Below are positions 1-11,799 of a DNA stretch of 64,000 nt, piece by piece (positions within the stretch are counted from its first letter, which is position 1; each line of letters starts with the position of its first letter). The translations under genes were made by a program, and so were the position numbers. Below the pieces are notes generated by a model. The model searched no databases. It was not told the origin of the DNA and was given only the letters and a program-made list of their open reading frames with translations. Source of the stretch: Azolla caroliniana (Eukaryota; Plantae; Polypodiophyta); the NCBI GenBank assembly GCA_043228905.1, contig JBHGNT010000011.1, positions 3,782,001 through 3,846,000 on the forward strand, in the 5' to 3' direction.

Positions 1-486
1 TGAACCATTGCTTTCATATGACTTAGTTCACACGCATTGCGATGTGCGACAAGGCGTTGGGGCACAAGTGATGAGTGGTCTCTGTCGCACAATTTGCTCA
101 AAACGAGTTCGGGAGTCTGAGTATCACACTTTGATATAGTGCTTTGCCTTTGATCATATTCGACTATGTCCACACATCTTCAAGAAAACCAAATCCTTGC
201 ACAAATTTCTCTAACAATCACAATGTGCACTCTCATCCCTTTGTCTACCATTTGAACCATTGCTTTCATATGACTTAGTTCACACGCATTGCGATGTGCG
301 ACAAGGCGTTGGGGCACAAGTGATGAGTGGTCTCTGTCGCACAATTTGCTCAAAACGAGTTCGGGAGTCTGAGTATCACACTTTGATATAGTGCTTTGCC
401 TTTGATCATATTCGACTATGTCCACACATCTTCAAGAAAACCAAATCCTTGCACAAATTTCTCTAACAATCACAATGTGCACTCTC
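1..486. repeat. Tandem repeat with a 252-bp unit (about 1.9 copies visible, truncated by the window start)
   Basis: TGAACCATTGCTTTCATATGAC at position 1 recurs at 253, and the copies stay near-identical to about 486. Confidence 0.9.
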
Positions 487-639
487 AATTGCAACATTCA
501 TCTGTATGTAAAGTTCTTTAATGAGTATCACTACTCACTTTCACATGTATTACTTGAAATGTAATGTTTTCGATCACATAGGTCATATTTGACCTCCAAA
601 AACAGCAATAGAATCTCTTCCATATTTCCATCAAAGAAA

Positions 640-1250
640 AATTTCAACTATAATCTATGCCTTCTTATCACGATTGCTTCTTTTTTATGGTAAACCCATT
701 TACACCCAATAGTCTTTCTTCTTTTACTTTCGTTCCATCAGTGCCATATATGTCTCTTTCACCATCACTAATTACTACTTGTCAAAGTTGGCTAATAGAG
801 TAGCCTCTACAAACCTGATGTAGTTTTGCCATCATGAATTAAGCGAAAGGTACCATACTACAGGGTATCTTTGGTTCTCTAAAGTCTTTCTCTACCTATG
901 GCCATAAAAGTAAGGCTCTTCTTCATGCTTTTGTTCAGCTCGAGCTTGACCTATTCAAGTGTGCATCTCTATGAACTCCATCTTAATGGCTGACCTAATT
1001 ACTTCATCATGGCTGGCCTAAGTGCTTGATCCAAAATCTGCTCATACGCTTCTTTCTCCAACGTTTTATCTTCATTAAATGCAACATCATAACTCATAAA
1101 CTTCGATGATCCCAAATTCCGGAAACACATACAATTTTAAACATTTGAGGTATTTAGGGAAGGTGCATTGTTTGAACTTTGCATGTACTAAACTCCAAAC
1201 CTGAAAATGTGAAATCTGGTATAATCAACTGACTAACCTTCATCTCTAAG
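640..1250 (-). mobile_element. Degraded Ty1/Copia pol fragment (integrase end to RT start)
   Basis: Minus-strand translation gives KTIGCKWVYHKK (Copia RT N-terminal motif) near 670-715 and YDVAFNED (similar to SRDVxFxE) near 1070-1095; many stops. Confidence 0.55.
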
Positions 1251-2106
1251 GCTAAACAATATGCAACATTACCCACACATGTGAGAGATGGCACTTGCTC
1301 ACACAAACACACTATAATCACTCCCCATGGTCAGCACTAAATTTTAGAATTGCTTAGGTTCAGACATGAAGGTTATCCTGTCGACCAACTATTGTCTACA
1401 TTCAATCAACTTACCATAGACCTCTTGACAAATTGTTCTCTTGCCCTAAAGCTCTCTAATTACTCTCTTAAGGCTTGCCTCTAATTATTCTACATAACAT
1501 CTCCTATTAAACCCTACAAATCTCCCTGTAAACCTCCCCCCATTTATATGCATTATGTAGTTTGCATTCCAATTTAGATTTTTATTTTTTCAAGTTGTGT
1601 TAGCTGCAAATTCCATCAAAAGAAACAAATCCCTATATACAATTTACAAATAATATGTTCAGACTAAAGCTTAAAGTGTAACAGTAGCTACATTCAACAC
1701 CTTGTTCACACAGAGGCAAGTTTTTGTCACTCATTTCAATTAGGAAATTATATTAGGGAGGACGATCAAGGGAAGTGAACACGAACTAGGCATGTACAAG
1801 GAGGTAAAAGAATCAAACCGATCAGAGGCCTCCTTACGTCCATTTTGCCGATCGATCCTCCATGTCCTGGTGTTTAGAGTAATATGCAGTTGTGACGGTA
1901 TCCACAGAAACCTGGCCTTCAATACAAATATTCATCGAGAACATTTCCCTCATTTGTAGTACTTCGTTTCAAAAAACAGTGCAAAATGTTTGCAAGTGAA
2001 TCTTTGATTAAATAATTAACTAACAAAAACATTATATCTACATATACACACAAACAAATGCATCATTGGCAAGGAAAAATAGTACACAATATTGAGCAAT
2101 AGTATG

Positions 2107-2140
<34 letters not shown>

Positions 2141-2299
2141 AGATTATGATAATGCCTAAAGCCTGGTGCAACATCACCAATACCAATTCCTTACAAAATG
2201 GCTAAGAAAATGAATTTATGTATTCAAAGTGGGAACCTGTAGTATTATAAAACCTCCGGTGTAAGTGGATAGAACATATCCAAGAAAAACAGTCAGACC

Positions 2300-5200
2300 T
2301 CAATAAAGGCTTCCACGGCAATCCTTGGCACCACAGTGACATTGAGAGCCTTTCCCTACTAATAGCTTACAACGGTAGTCATATCCCAGCTCCTCGCCAA
2401 TTTGTATCTAGAAAGAAACTCCAATGTTTGGATTAAGAATAGAAAATATCACAAACATTTTCAATATGATGGTCAGAAAATTTTATTACTGATTGAATGT
2501 TTTGGTCTATAACATTAACTAATTCAAGCCCCCAACCTGGGATTTGCCTATTTAGTGTAACCCTAGACAAAATAGGAATCTAGACAAACTAAAAGTCACA
2601 CCCTAATAATTAACTCAAAAGTTGGAGGCTCTCACATTATTTAGAATCTACTCTTCAAGGGCTTCCATTTATATGAGACAAGTTGAGGTCCTCTTGAGAG
2701 AATTTTGGTAAATATAAGGGAGATTACTTTTATACCAAGCAAGAATCTGTTTAGACAGATTCCTTGGCACAGAAGAGATCTCCTTATGTTGATCCCCCAC
2801 CATGTCCTACATTGATGGTAGATTCTTAGAATACGTTTACACCAAGTAAGAATCTGTTGGGATAGATTCTTGGCACATAAGAGATCTCCTTATGTTGATC
2901 CCCCACCATGTCCTACATTGATGGTAGATTCTTAGAGTAGATTCTAAAATATCCAAAATATTGCATCTTGTAACTTTCTTCCCCAAGTCCAAATTGCCCC
3001 ATTCGTATATGATCAGTGTTCTCAAATCAATAATTAATGTTACAAAAACGTTTAACATCAACATATATCATAAACTTTGCATGAATGAATGAAAAGATTC
3101 CCCTTACATCATGATTTCTGGAGTAGAAACAAAGCATGTCAAATGACACATAACTAGCTAATTCCCCTACAGGCAATAACCACTTTTCTACTTACATCAT
3201 GTGTTGCATATAGACCAACATGTGCAAGTCGACAGTCCATGCCCTCCACCAACACTTGATAGTTCACCAAATTTGGAGAGCAGCTACGGAGAAAATGAGA
3301 CCCACAAGATTGAAATTAAAACATAAATAGAACTATAAAGAGAGATCCATTTCTCTATCATGCAGACAAAGTATAATTTTCCGATGCAATTACCTGTGAT
3401 TGATAAACCGAGCTACATTGCCAAATTTTGTTGCATCGATGACAAACGGTTTTGGCTTGCCGAGATGGCCAACGTCAATATGAGTTTTGATATCATATAC
3501 ATAACTGCATCGTTCTTTATCATATCTTGTTTGTACCAAAAAATATTTCCAGATAAGTACATAGTTTCATAGTTATGATAGAGTGGGATAGTCAACATGA
3601 TTTTCACATGAACAAAAAAATTCCATAAATTTAGTTTGTGCCAAGTTCATTGATTTGTTAAGCAAAACAAATATTTGACAAAAATATTGTTTCAACATTT
3701 AATGATTATCATCGTTTTCTTAGTTGTTTGTCATATATATGTACCATCTTGCACACAATTTTTCAGAAATTTGGTCTGTGCCCAAAACGAATGTATACAT
3801 TGATATGCTGCACAACCAAATCGTTAACTGAAAATGGTGTTTGCGTATATAAAGATTTTGATCATTTTCTAAGTTTTTCGTGCTAGAGAAACAAAATATC
3901 ATAACGAGGCTAAACGATACCTCTCTTGTCTTCTATTTTCCTCAGAATCATCAAGAACCTCCCCGACGTATTCACAAACAAAAGTTCCCCGTGGAATATG
4001 CTGTGCAGCTCTCACTGCCCACCCCTAAAGACAACAAGAGAGAAAAAGACTAAGATTTAATTTCAAAAGGAAACGTACTCTGCAAGTAGGATTAAGGAAA
4101 TTACAGTACCTTGTGCCTTGTCTTATAGACTTCCAATTTCACTTGGACACCCTTCTGTAATACTCGGTTCCCACAATCTGCACTACATCTACATAAGGAG
4201 TTGCATTCATAGACAAGATGGCCTTCCTGCAATCAAGAATTACAACAAAAAATGAATTGATAACAACTTCTATGAATACGTAACAGAACTGCTAAACCAA
4301 CCCCACCTCTAGGATCAGGCATCCTCTATCATCATAAGGGAATCTTGCAGTCATGGATTTCCCATGTACATCCTCTGCATCAGAATTTTCATTGTCAGCA
4401 AGGTATACATGTTCACATTTAGTGGGCAAACATTGGTGTTCTTGGCAGCTACACCCTGAGCGTGAAGTCTGCACTGGTAAAAAATCATACTTAATCATCT
4501 TGGTCAAATAAAACATAAGGGAAGGTTGTAAAAATATGTATACCTCTGTATCAAGTCCCAAAGAAGGATCTACTGTCCTTTTGGTGATATAAGAAAATTG
4601 AAGCCATGGTGTGAGTGTCTCAAAGTGGCTATTTGGATTATCAACACATACAGAACAAGTGCATTTCCCCATCACGTTGCTATCTAGGATACATGGGATT
4701 GGCACTCGTTCCTTTCCAAAACTTAGATCCTCACAAAGGATCATTTTATGACAAGATTTCTCTTCTACACATGTGAATGTTGTATGTTTTTCATCTAGGA
4801 TAAAATGTTGGTTTTTCAAACTTTGATTACTAGGGAAACCTTCAAACTTTGTGCCATTATATCCTTCTAACTTTGCCATGCTCCAGTTCCTCTCATCTTT
4901 ATTGTCTGTCTGTACTTCAGTATTAGCTTTACAGAATTCAGTATTCGCTTTTCCACTAGGAGGAGCCCTTCGTATATTAAGTTTTTGGGGCTTTCTCTTT
5001 TCCTTTTCCAATCCTATAATTGGTTTCACGTCTTCTGATATCCCTGTGAATAAAGACTCTTCATTAATGTTCTTTGATATCGTAGCTTGGACAGGCTTGT
5101 GTTCAGCTTGATGATGTCGTCCTAAGTCTGGAAGAAGACGAAACCGAAGACCACAAATTTTGCACTTGAATTTGTGTTCACTTTCGGGGTCACAAGAAGG

Positions 5201-8200
5201 CTGTTTCACCATTTCTTCAAGAATAGAAGGCTGTTTTGCTTTTTCACCAGTGAAGTTATTCACTCTATCACCAATCACTTTATCGGCAATCCCTTTCTCG
5301 ACAATCCCTTTCTCAGAAATCCCCTTCTCGGCAATCACTTCATCAACAATCACTTTATTGGCAATCACTTTATCCGCAATCACGTCATCGGCAATCACTT
5401 TATCGGCAATCACATTATCGGCAATCACTTCATCGGCAATCACTTCATTGGCAATCACTTCATCAGCAATCACTTCATCAGCAATCACTTTATCGGCAAT
5501 CACTTCATCAGCAATCACTTTATTGGCAATCACTTCATCAGCAATAACTTTATTGGCAATCACTTCATCGGCAATCACTTTATCAGCAATCTCAGTGTCT
5601 TGCTGAAGTTCTACATTGGTCACAAACTTTTCACCAGAGTGAAATTTCTTGTCTACATCAGCAATTTCCAATCCAAATGGTTGCCATTGGAAGAACCCAT
5701 TTATCGAACCTACAGAAGGATCTGTCACAGGCCAGAAGGCAAAGAGCTGTTCAGGGTGATTGCAAATCACATGTTTCCATAGGCTCTCAAACTTTCCAAA
5801 CTGTCCATTGCAAATTATACAAGTGGCTATAAGGGAAGACTTGGTTTGAGATACCATCTCCGAATGGTGTATCTTCCTATGCCTATACAGGCCTTTCTTA
5901 TTTCTGAAAGGTTCATTACAATACTGGCAACTATACCCTCTAAAATACTGCTGAGCTTCTCTATTGTGACACTCTCTCCAATGTTCACCTAACACAATAA
6001 GATCAATAAAGTCTTGTGTACAAAGCTTGCATCTATACCTTGCCAAGTGTCCATTACGTGCTGAACTCACTTGCTTCAATAACTCAATATTTGAGAGGTG
6101 TTCTATGGACTTTACTTCACCTAGAAAAGGGACAAGAGAATTCTGCACTTGTGACAGATCTTTCTCTTTGACACAATTCTCTTCAACTATGGTTTTTAAC
6201 GAGCTGTCAGCATGGTCGATCGCTACAATAAGAGAAGGAACAAGGGAATTCTGCACTTGTGGGAGGTCTTCCTCTTCCACAAATTCCTCTTCACCTATGA
6301 TCACCTTAGAGCTCGTAGTATGGTCAACAGATCCTGTCAAACAAGGATCAAGAAAATTCTGAACCTGTGAGATATCTTTCTCATCAACACATTGTTTCAA
6401 TTCTTCCATTTCAGTAGTTACAAGGTCATACAATGCTTCTGATGCTTTTAAATTTCCAGAAACTTCTTTGAGAACCATGTTAATCATTTGCTCACTGCTC
6501 TGAGCCTCCGTGTTAGATAGTCGAACCCTCATGTAGTCATGGGTTATGTTCTTGAGCTGTGATATATTAACTTCCTGCTTGCGATTTGGAGTTTTGCCGG
6601 AAATTTCTTTACAGTGTGCTCTTTCCTGACCCCTTTGAGAATATGGAGATGAACCTGGTATGTGTTTCTCACAGTATGAGAAACCGAGTCTTGCACGATG
6701 AGAACATTGAGCACCACTACCACACCACCCAATGCACTGGACTGTATTCCTATTCCGGCGTGTAGACTTTGTTATACTTTTTGAAGTTTCCTGGATTAAT
6801 GAATTAACTTGTACATGCGTTTGTTCTATTATTCCTTTCAGTTCAGCGATGCTTGGTTCTGCTGACATGCCAATGTTAGACTTTGCAAGGCAAGTTTCAG
6901 ATGAAGGTATTACAGATTTCTCTGTAGCTTCCTTTTTACCACACTTTTCCAAGTCATGTAGTGTATGCGTCGAACAGAAGACAGAACCATCCTTTGCTTT
7001 ATGACGGCATCTTCTTCCATACTTTGTTGTCCCGTTACAAATGCCTACATCTCCATTAAACTCACCTATGTTGGATATGGGAAGCTTACCCTTCTCTACA
7101 TTAGTAGAACTCGCTGAGGGTCCTTCATTGCAGCTGGAGGGAATATGCTTGTAACAATATAAAGCTCCTCCTTTAGCATACCTGTTGCATTGCCTTTTCC
7201 TTCTCTTAGAGAAAGCTAAACACCGGGATGATTTACTTTGTGGGTTAACCTCAACATCCCCTTTGTAATTATTTGACTTCAAACCCGAGTTTGGGGTCTT
7301 ATTAATGGCATCCAAAGGACATGCTATGTCAACGTTTTTTATCATTTCAAGATCCATTGAAATTCCTTTGTACAACTCTGGTGAATCTGAAATGGTTTCT
7401 TGTGCCAGTTTCAATCGCTTGTGATCTTGTTCTGATTCCGTATTACCTCCATTTCCTGACCCACCATTCCCCTCACTCTCTTCAGGGGAATTAACCGATG
7501 CATCAAAGGTTCTTCGTCTAAAAGAAGAACATCGTGACTTGTCTTGATAAGAAGGATCATGGGAGAACCTTTTTTTCCATGATTGCCACTCCGAACCTAG
7601 GTTTTCTTGCTCATATTCACTCCAAAGTTTGTCCACTTCATCCCAACATACTGCACTCTTCAATTCCTATTTCCAAAACAGCATAAATTACTAGAATGCT
7701 AATTGTAACATAACAAAATTCCCATCTCGTGATATAACAGAGCATTTCTCACCTTGACAAGCATCTCTAAAGACCTTGCTGACTCTGCATTCCTGCATTC
7801 ATGTTCCCATTCTAGAACACGAGTATTAATCCAGGTTTCTTGGATTACGGAAGATAAAATCATCTGAGAATTCCAAATTGCCAAAAATTAGTCCTGGAAA
7901 GGACTGCCAGAAAGATACACATCTCAGATGTGCTAACATCAAGACTCATAAGGTCACATAATATGTGAATTGCAATTGATCGCTCGAGAAACAGGTGCTG
8001 ATTGATTGAAATGGAATAGATATAGATTTTAATTCCGAGGGAAGTTTGTTTACAGTTACTAATAGCTTCCATCAATAACGATCCTCCGCCAAATCATACA
8101 TAGCAATAGAAGATATTTTACTCCCAAATAAAGGAAGTACAGAGGAAAGACCAGAAAAGGTAGATCAAGAGTTAGCCACCCCCAATGCACATTTGCCACA

Positions 8201-10883
8201 AGAGGGATAATGGACAGCACTTAAGAAATAACCTTACATACAAACTTTAGGCTGTTCTGAATTTCATTCAAACAAGTTTTGTTCCGATTTAAACATGTTT
8301 TTCAATGATGTGAAGGTTTCATATTGTCTAGCAATGTACTGCCATCTCACACTCATGTCATCAAGGCCCAAGGATGATCAGAAAGATGAGACAAAGGAAA
8401 GTGAAAGAAGATCAATTGAAAAAATGGAGGATGAAATCGCAGTCACATGGACTGTGGTCTCATGAGAATCTATTCAAATAAAAAATTTGAAGGAAATTCA
8501 CAGTTGATGGAGATGTGGCAAGGGGGTGTGAGAAAGTGGAAAGTTCCATATAGGTTTTGGCCAAGGCTAAAGTGGATGATCACACTTGAAAATGACCAAC
8601 CTACAAATAGGTGCACAAAGTAGGTTAGACAAGTCATGGAGAGAAACTCAAACAACTAGTTAAAAAACTGAAATTTCCTGAATAGATCCTGCATTGGAGA
8701 GATCAGTGCAGAAAACCAGAAGTGTCTGCTAGATGAAGTCTCAAACAAAACATGCACCCAAAGTTATAAACTATTTCAACAGTAGAGTTAAGAGGAATCG
8801 AGGGTTTATCAAGTAGTTCACATCAACAAACTTACAGTTTTAAGTTTCACCAACATAGTTCCTAATTCTTGATATGTAGAAGTTTTCGCTGCTTCATTTG
8901 CAACATCCTTCCAAAATCTCACATCCCGAGCACAATCCTCGACAGCCTGAATAAAAGCACTTCAGTAAGATTGAAAGCTGGAGCTTTTGCAAAGGAAAAC
9001 TGGAGGTTTTTACTTCAGTAAGATTGAAAAGTGGAGCTTTTTAAAATTTCTGCATTGTTTCCAATATCTTAACTGTTACAGGAAGCTGATCGCTAATGTC
9101 CAGCATTGAGGTGGAAATTTTGCGTAGCATGAATGTTTTTGCTATATTTAAGTCAACAACTGAGTTCCGACCACTTTTGTGTGACCCGAAAGACAGCGGT
9201 TGAGGATTCTCTGAAATACAACAAGTTAGCTGCCAATCTGTCCATACAAAAGAATGATTCTTCGGGAAGAAAACCAAGATGTAGGACTTCCTTCCATATG
9301 TGGGCATTGCCTGAACAGTTTGGGCAGGACAGTCTTCAAGGCTGCATTGTACACCTGCCCGCCACTTCCCCCTCCACTGTAATATAGCAAAACATAAATG
9401 AATGATGTACGAATACAAGAACCATAAACCAGCTACACCGCAATCTAAGTTCAAAAGATATTTAGCTTCCTACTACTAATGATTAGAATTTTGTTAATAC
9501 AGACACAACACAAGAGTTACCCATACATATATTTCTATATTACTACAATTACTGTCTCTGTGTGTGTGTCAAGATTGGATTTCTACAGCATTTGATAAAT
9601 TTTCTTACTTCTGTTACTTATATGGCATAATAATTATGCATCATGTACCTGCCCAATTTAACATCAGAACAAGACATAAAAGGAGGTCAAAGCTCACAAA
9701 TTTGATCACCTTGTAACTTGTCAAAGTCCCACTTAAAAGGTTTTCATACACAAACCCAAGCCCTAATAAGAGTACAAAGTTTAGAAGTTAAATTTTTCAC
9801 CCATGTTTGTTGTACCAGTGTGGTCAGAGAACTGTGCATTCAATGCAGGGAGATTACCTTGAGGTTGATTTCCAATGCATTTGCCAATAAATATGAATGC
9901 GTCAGGAATACTGTGGGTTTTCAACTTCCCTATGAGAGGAATTCTAACATGTAATCTTGTGTAACTTGGGCTCATTGCACAAAGTATGTCAAACAAAGGA
10001 AGGTAAGGCCCTTTCTCCACAGAAAATGACCTGTGACATACTGATTCTTTATTGGTTAAAAAAGGGTGCAAGTGGGAGTCTAAGCTTTGTTCCAGACTAG
10101 ATTTCAGAGAAACAAATTATACGCAGTAATAATCTTAAGCCTTCATTCTCAAGTAACCCCAACGCCGGCTACATTATCAATGGAGAACAAGAAGAAGGCA
10201 TAGATTAAGCAAACTGACCATATAAAACCATGTCGAAGACAAGTTTCAAGCAAAGAGTAGTTTCAGAGAATTATAAGCTAGCACAAATTCTTATGCATGG
10301 TATGAAACATCAATGATACAATTCTCATGTCCCCCTGAACCATGTATATTTGACCTTAATTAGCCATAATTCAAGATAATCGGCCGCAGTGAAACATAAT
10401 TAAACATATGATAATCGCATGTCTGCATCACTGGGTAGGTGCCAGGAATACCTTGACCCACAAAGGAGCTTTTCCTTCTTCAACACCTCGGAATACTGAG
10501 ATCTCTTCAGCATTGATGCTGGATGAATCATGTGCTGTGCCAGAAGAGAGCGGACCATCTTCTTCTGAGTTTCCGATGGTTTGATTTTCTACATCCATCT
10601 CTACTACATCTGGAATCCTTACTATCAGTTTTGTATCAGGATCGCCTCGGACAACATCCCCATTAGCAGTGTCTATTCCATCAACAATCATGCCTTTTCC
10701 ATCAACCACCATGTCTTTCCCATCAACAACCATATCTTTTCCATCAACAATAATGTCTTTCGCATCATCAACAACGCCTATTTCACTGACGACAATGTCT
10801 TTTCCATTAACAATAATGTCGTTTCCATCAACAACACTGCGAACCATATCCATATTTTCTGCAGAAGATGAACAAGAAGACAT
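2300..10883 (-). CDS. SUVR5: SUVR5-like histone-lysine N-methyltransferase (C2H2 zinc fingers, pre-SET, SET, post-SET), multi-exon
   Basis: Approximate exons: 10453-10883 (...APLWVK), 9072-9378 (WRGKWRAG...), 8836-8946, 7752-7863, 4544-7666, 4308-4468, 4110-4226, 3921-4025 (GWAVRA..GTFVCEYVGE), 3394-3525 (IDATKFGNVARFINHS), 3196-3283 (CSPNLVNY), 2300-2407 (GEELGYDY..CHCGAKDCRGSLY*). Four C2H2 fingers including CKICGLRFRLLPDLGRHHQAEH. GT-AG boundaries are present. Confidence 0.9.
2733..2937. repeat. Intronic direct duplication of about 107 bp
   Basis: ACCAAG(C/T)AAGAATCTGTT...CCCCCACCATGTCCTACATTGATGGTAGATTCTTAGA occurs twice in the last SUVR5 intron. Confidence 0.85.
5263..5592 (-). repeat. 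Coding 15-bp minisatellite (about 22 x VIAD[K/E] pentapeptide) inside SUVR5
   Basis: Repeated GCAATCACTT(C/T)ATC(A/G) units; translation EIADK VIADE VIANK ... GIADK VIGDR. Confidence 0.95.
9800..10060 (-). mobile_element. Possible L1-type LINE ORF1 (DUF4283-like) remnant in a SUVR5 intron
   Basis: Translation VEKGPY...LHVRIPL...DAFIFIGKCIG resembles the GPW...VWVRI..LP.....F..IG..IG pattern; weak. Confidence 0.3.
10670..10836 (-). repeat. Coding repeat of about 21 bp (VVDGKDM-like) in the first coding exon of SUVR5
   Basis: Recurrent CCATCAACAA..ATGTCTTT units; translation VVDGNDI IVNGKDI ... IVDGKDM VVDGKDM VVDGKGM IVDGIDT. Confidence 0.85.
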
Positions 10884-11297
10884 CTATGAGTTCTTCTTTG
10901 ACCCTGCCCTTCAGCTTTCACCCATGGCTGGATGCCTGAAAACAACAGAATTGGATGATTAACGCGAGGAATCTGAGCGACCCACATGAGGGAATTGCAG
11001 ATTAGAGAGCCCAATTGATTCATATTTGAAAGAAACAGAAAAAACATCATTTGGATATATGTATGTACATATATATATACATATATATGCGAGGAATAGT
11101 GTCATAAAAATGAAAAAGAAAAAAAAAAGGAAAAGGAGAGTAGGAAGCAGGGGAGGCAGGAAAACCCAAAAGAAGAAACCAAAACAGAACCAGATTGGGT
11201 TGAAGGGTTTAGGGGGACTTACACAAACAAAGGTATGTTTAGAGAGGCAGGGGAGGAGAACAAAATTTGTTGGGAAAGACTATTATGGTAAATGTCT

Positions 11298-11560
11298 TCT
11301 GGGGGGGGGGGGGGGGGGGGGGGAGAGGAGAGTATTGGTGTTATTGGGTTGGGATGGGGTGGGGGGGGGTCCTTGGGAGAGACAAAGAAAGCACAGAACA
11401 ACAAAAAGAAACAAAAAAAATAGAGGGGAAGGTGCAAATCTTGTGACCTTCTTCTTCTTCTTCTTCTTCTTCTTCTTCTTCTTCAAGGCTAGCTATGGTT
11501 ATGGTGATAATACAACAAACACACTCCTCCCCCAAAGCCCCCCCCCCTCCCCCCTTCCTT
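11298..11560. repeat. Low-complexity 5' region of SUVR5: poly-G run, G-tracts, (TTC)n, poly-C
   Basis: G run of more than 20 nt at about 11301-11323, GGGTTGGGATGGGGTGGGGGGGGG at about 11346-11369, (TTC)n at about 11449-11484, C runs at about 11529-11554. Confidence 0.9.
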
Positions 11561-11799
11561 CTTCCTTTCACTAAAAGAAAAGAGAATTATAACAAAGCAG
11601 CACAAAAAATACCCTCACATTCTTCTTTTTCCCCACTTCCAAAGAAAAGAAAAGAAAAGAACACATTAGTCTCTTGTCCTTCCTTAACACACACAAAAAA
11701 AGAAACTCTTCTCTGGTTTTATATGCGTAACATATTCGCGATTGGCCCCTCGCATTGTCCACGGGATCTCTTGCCATCTTCAGATGACGCCTGCACACC

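Noticed and set aside
5263-5592. CRISPR-like appearance of the repeat array
   Set aside because: There are no unique spacers; it is a contiguous coding tandem repeat in a eukaryotic gene.
5160-5782. Plus-strand ORFs with SAIT and NHFIG repeats
   Set aside because: They are antisense shadows of the SUVR5 coding minisatellite.
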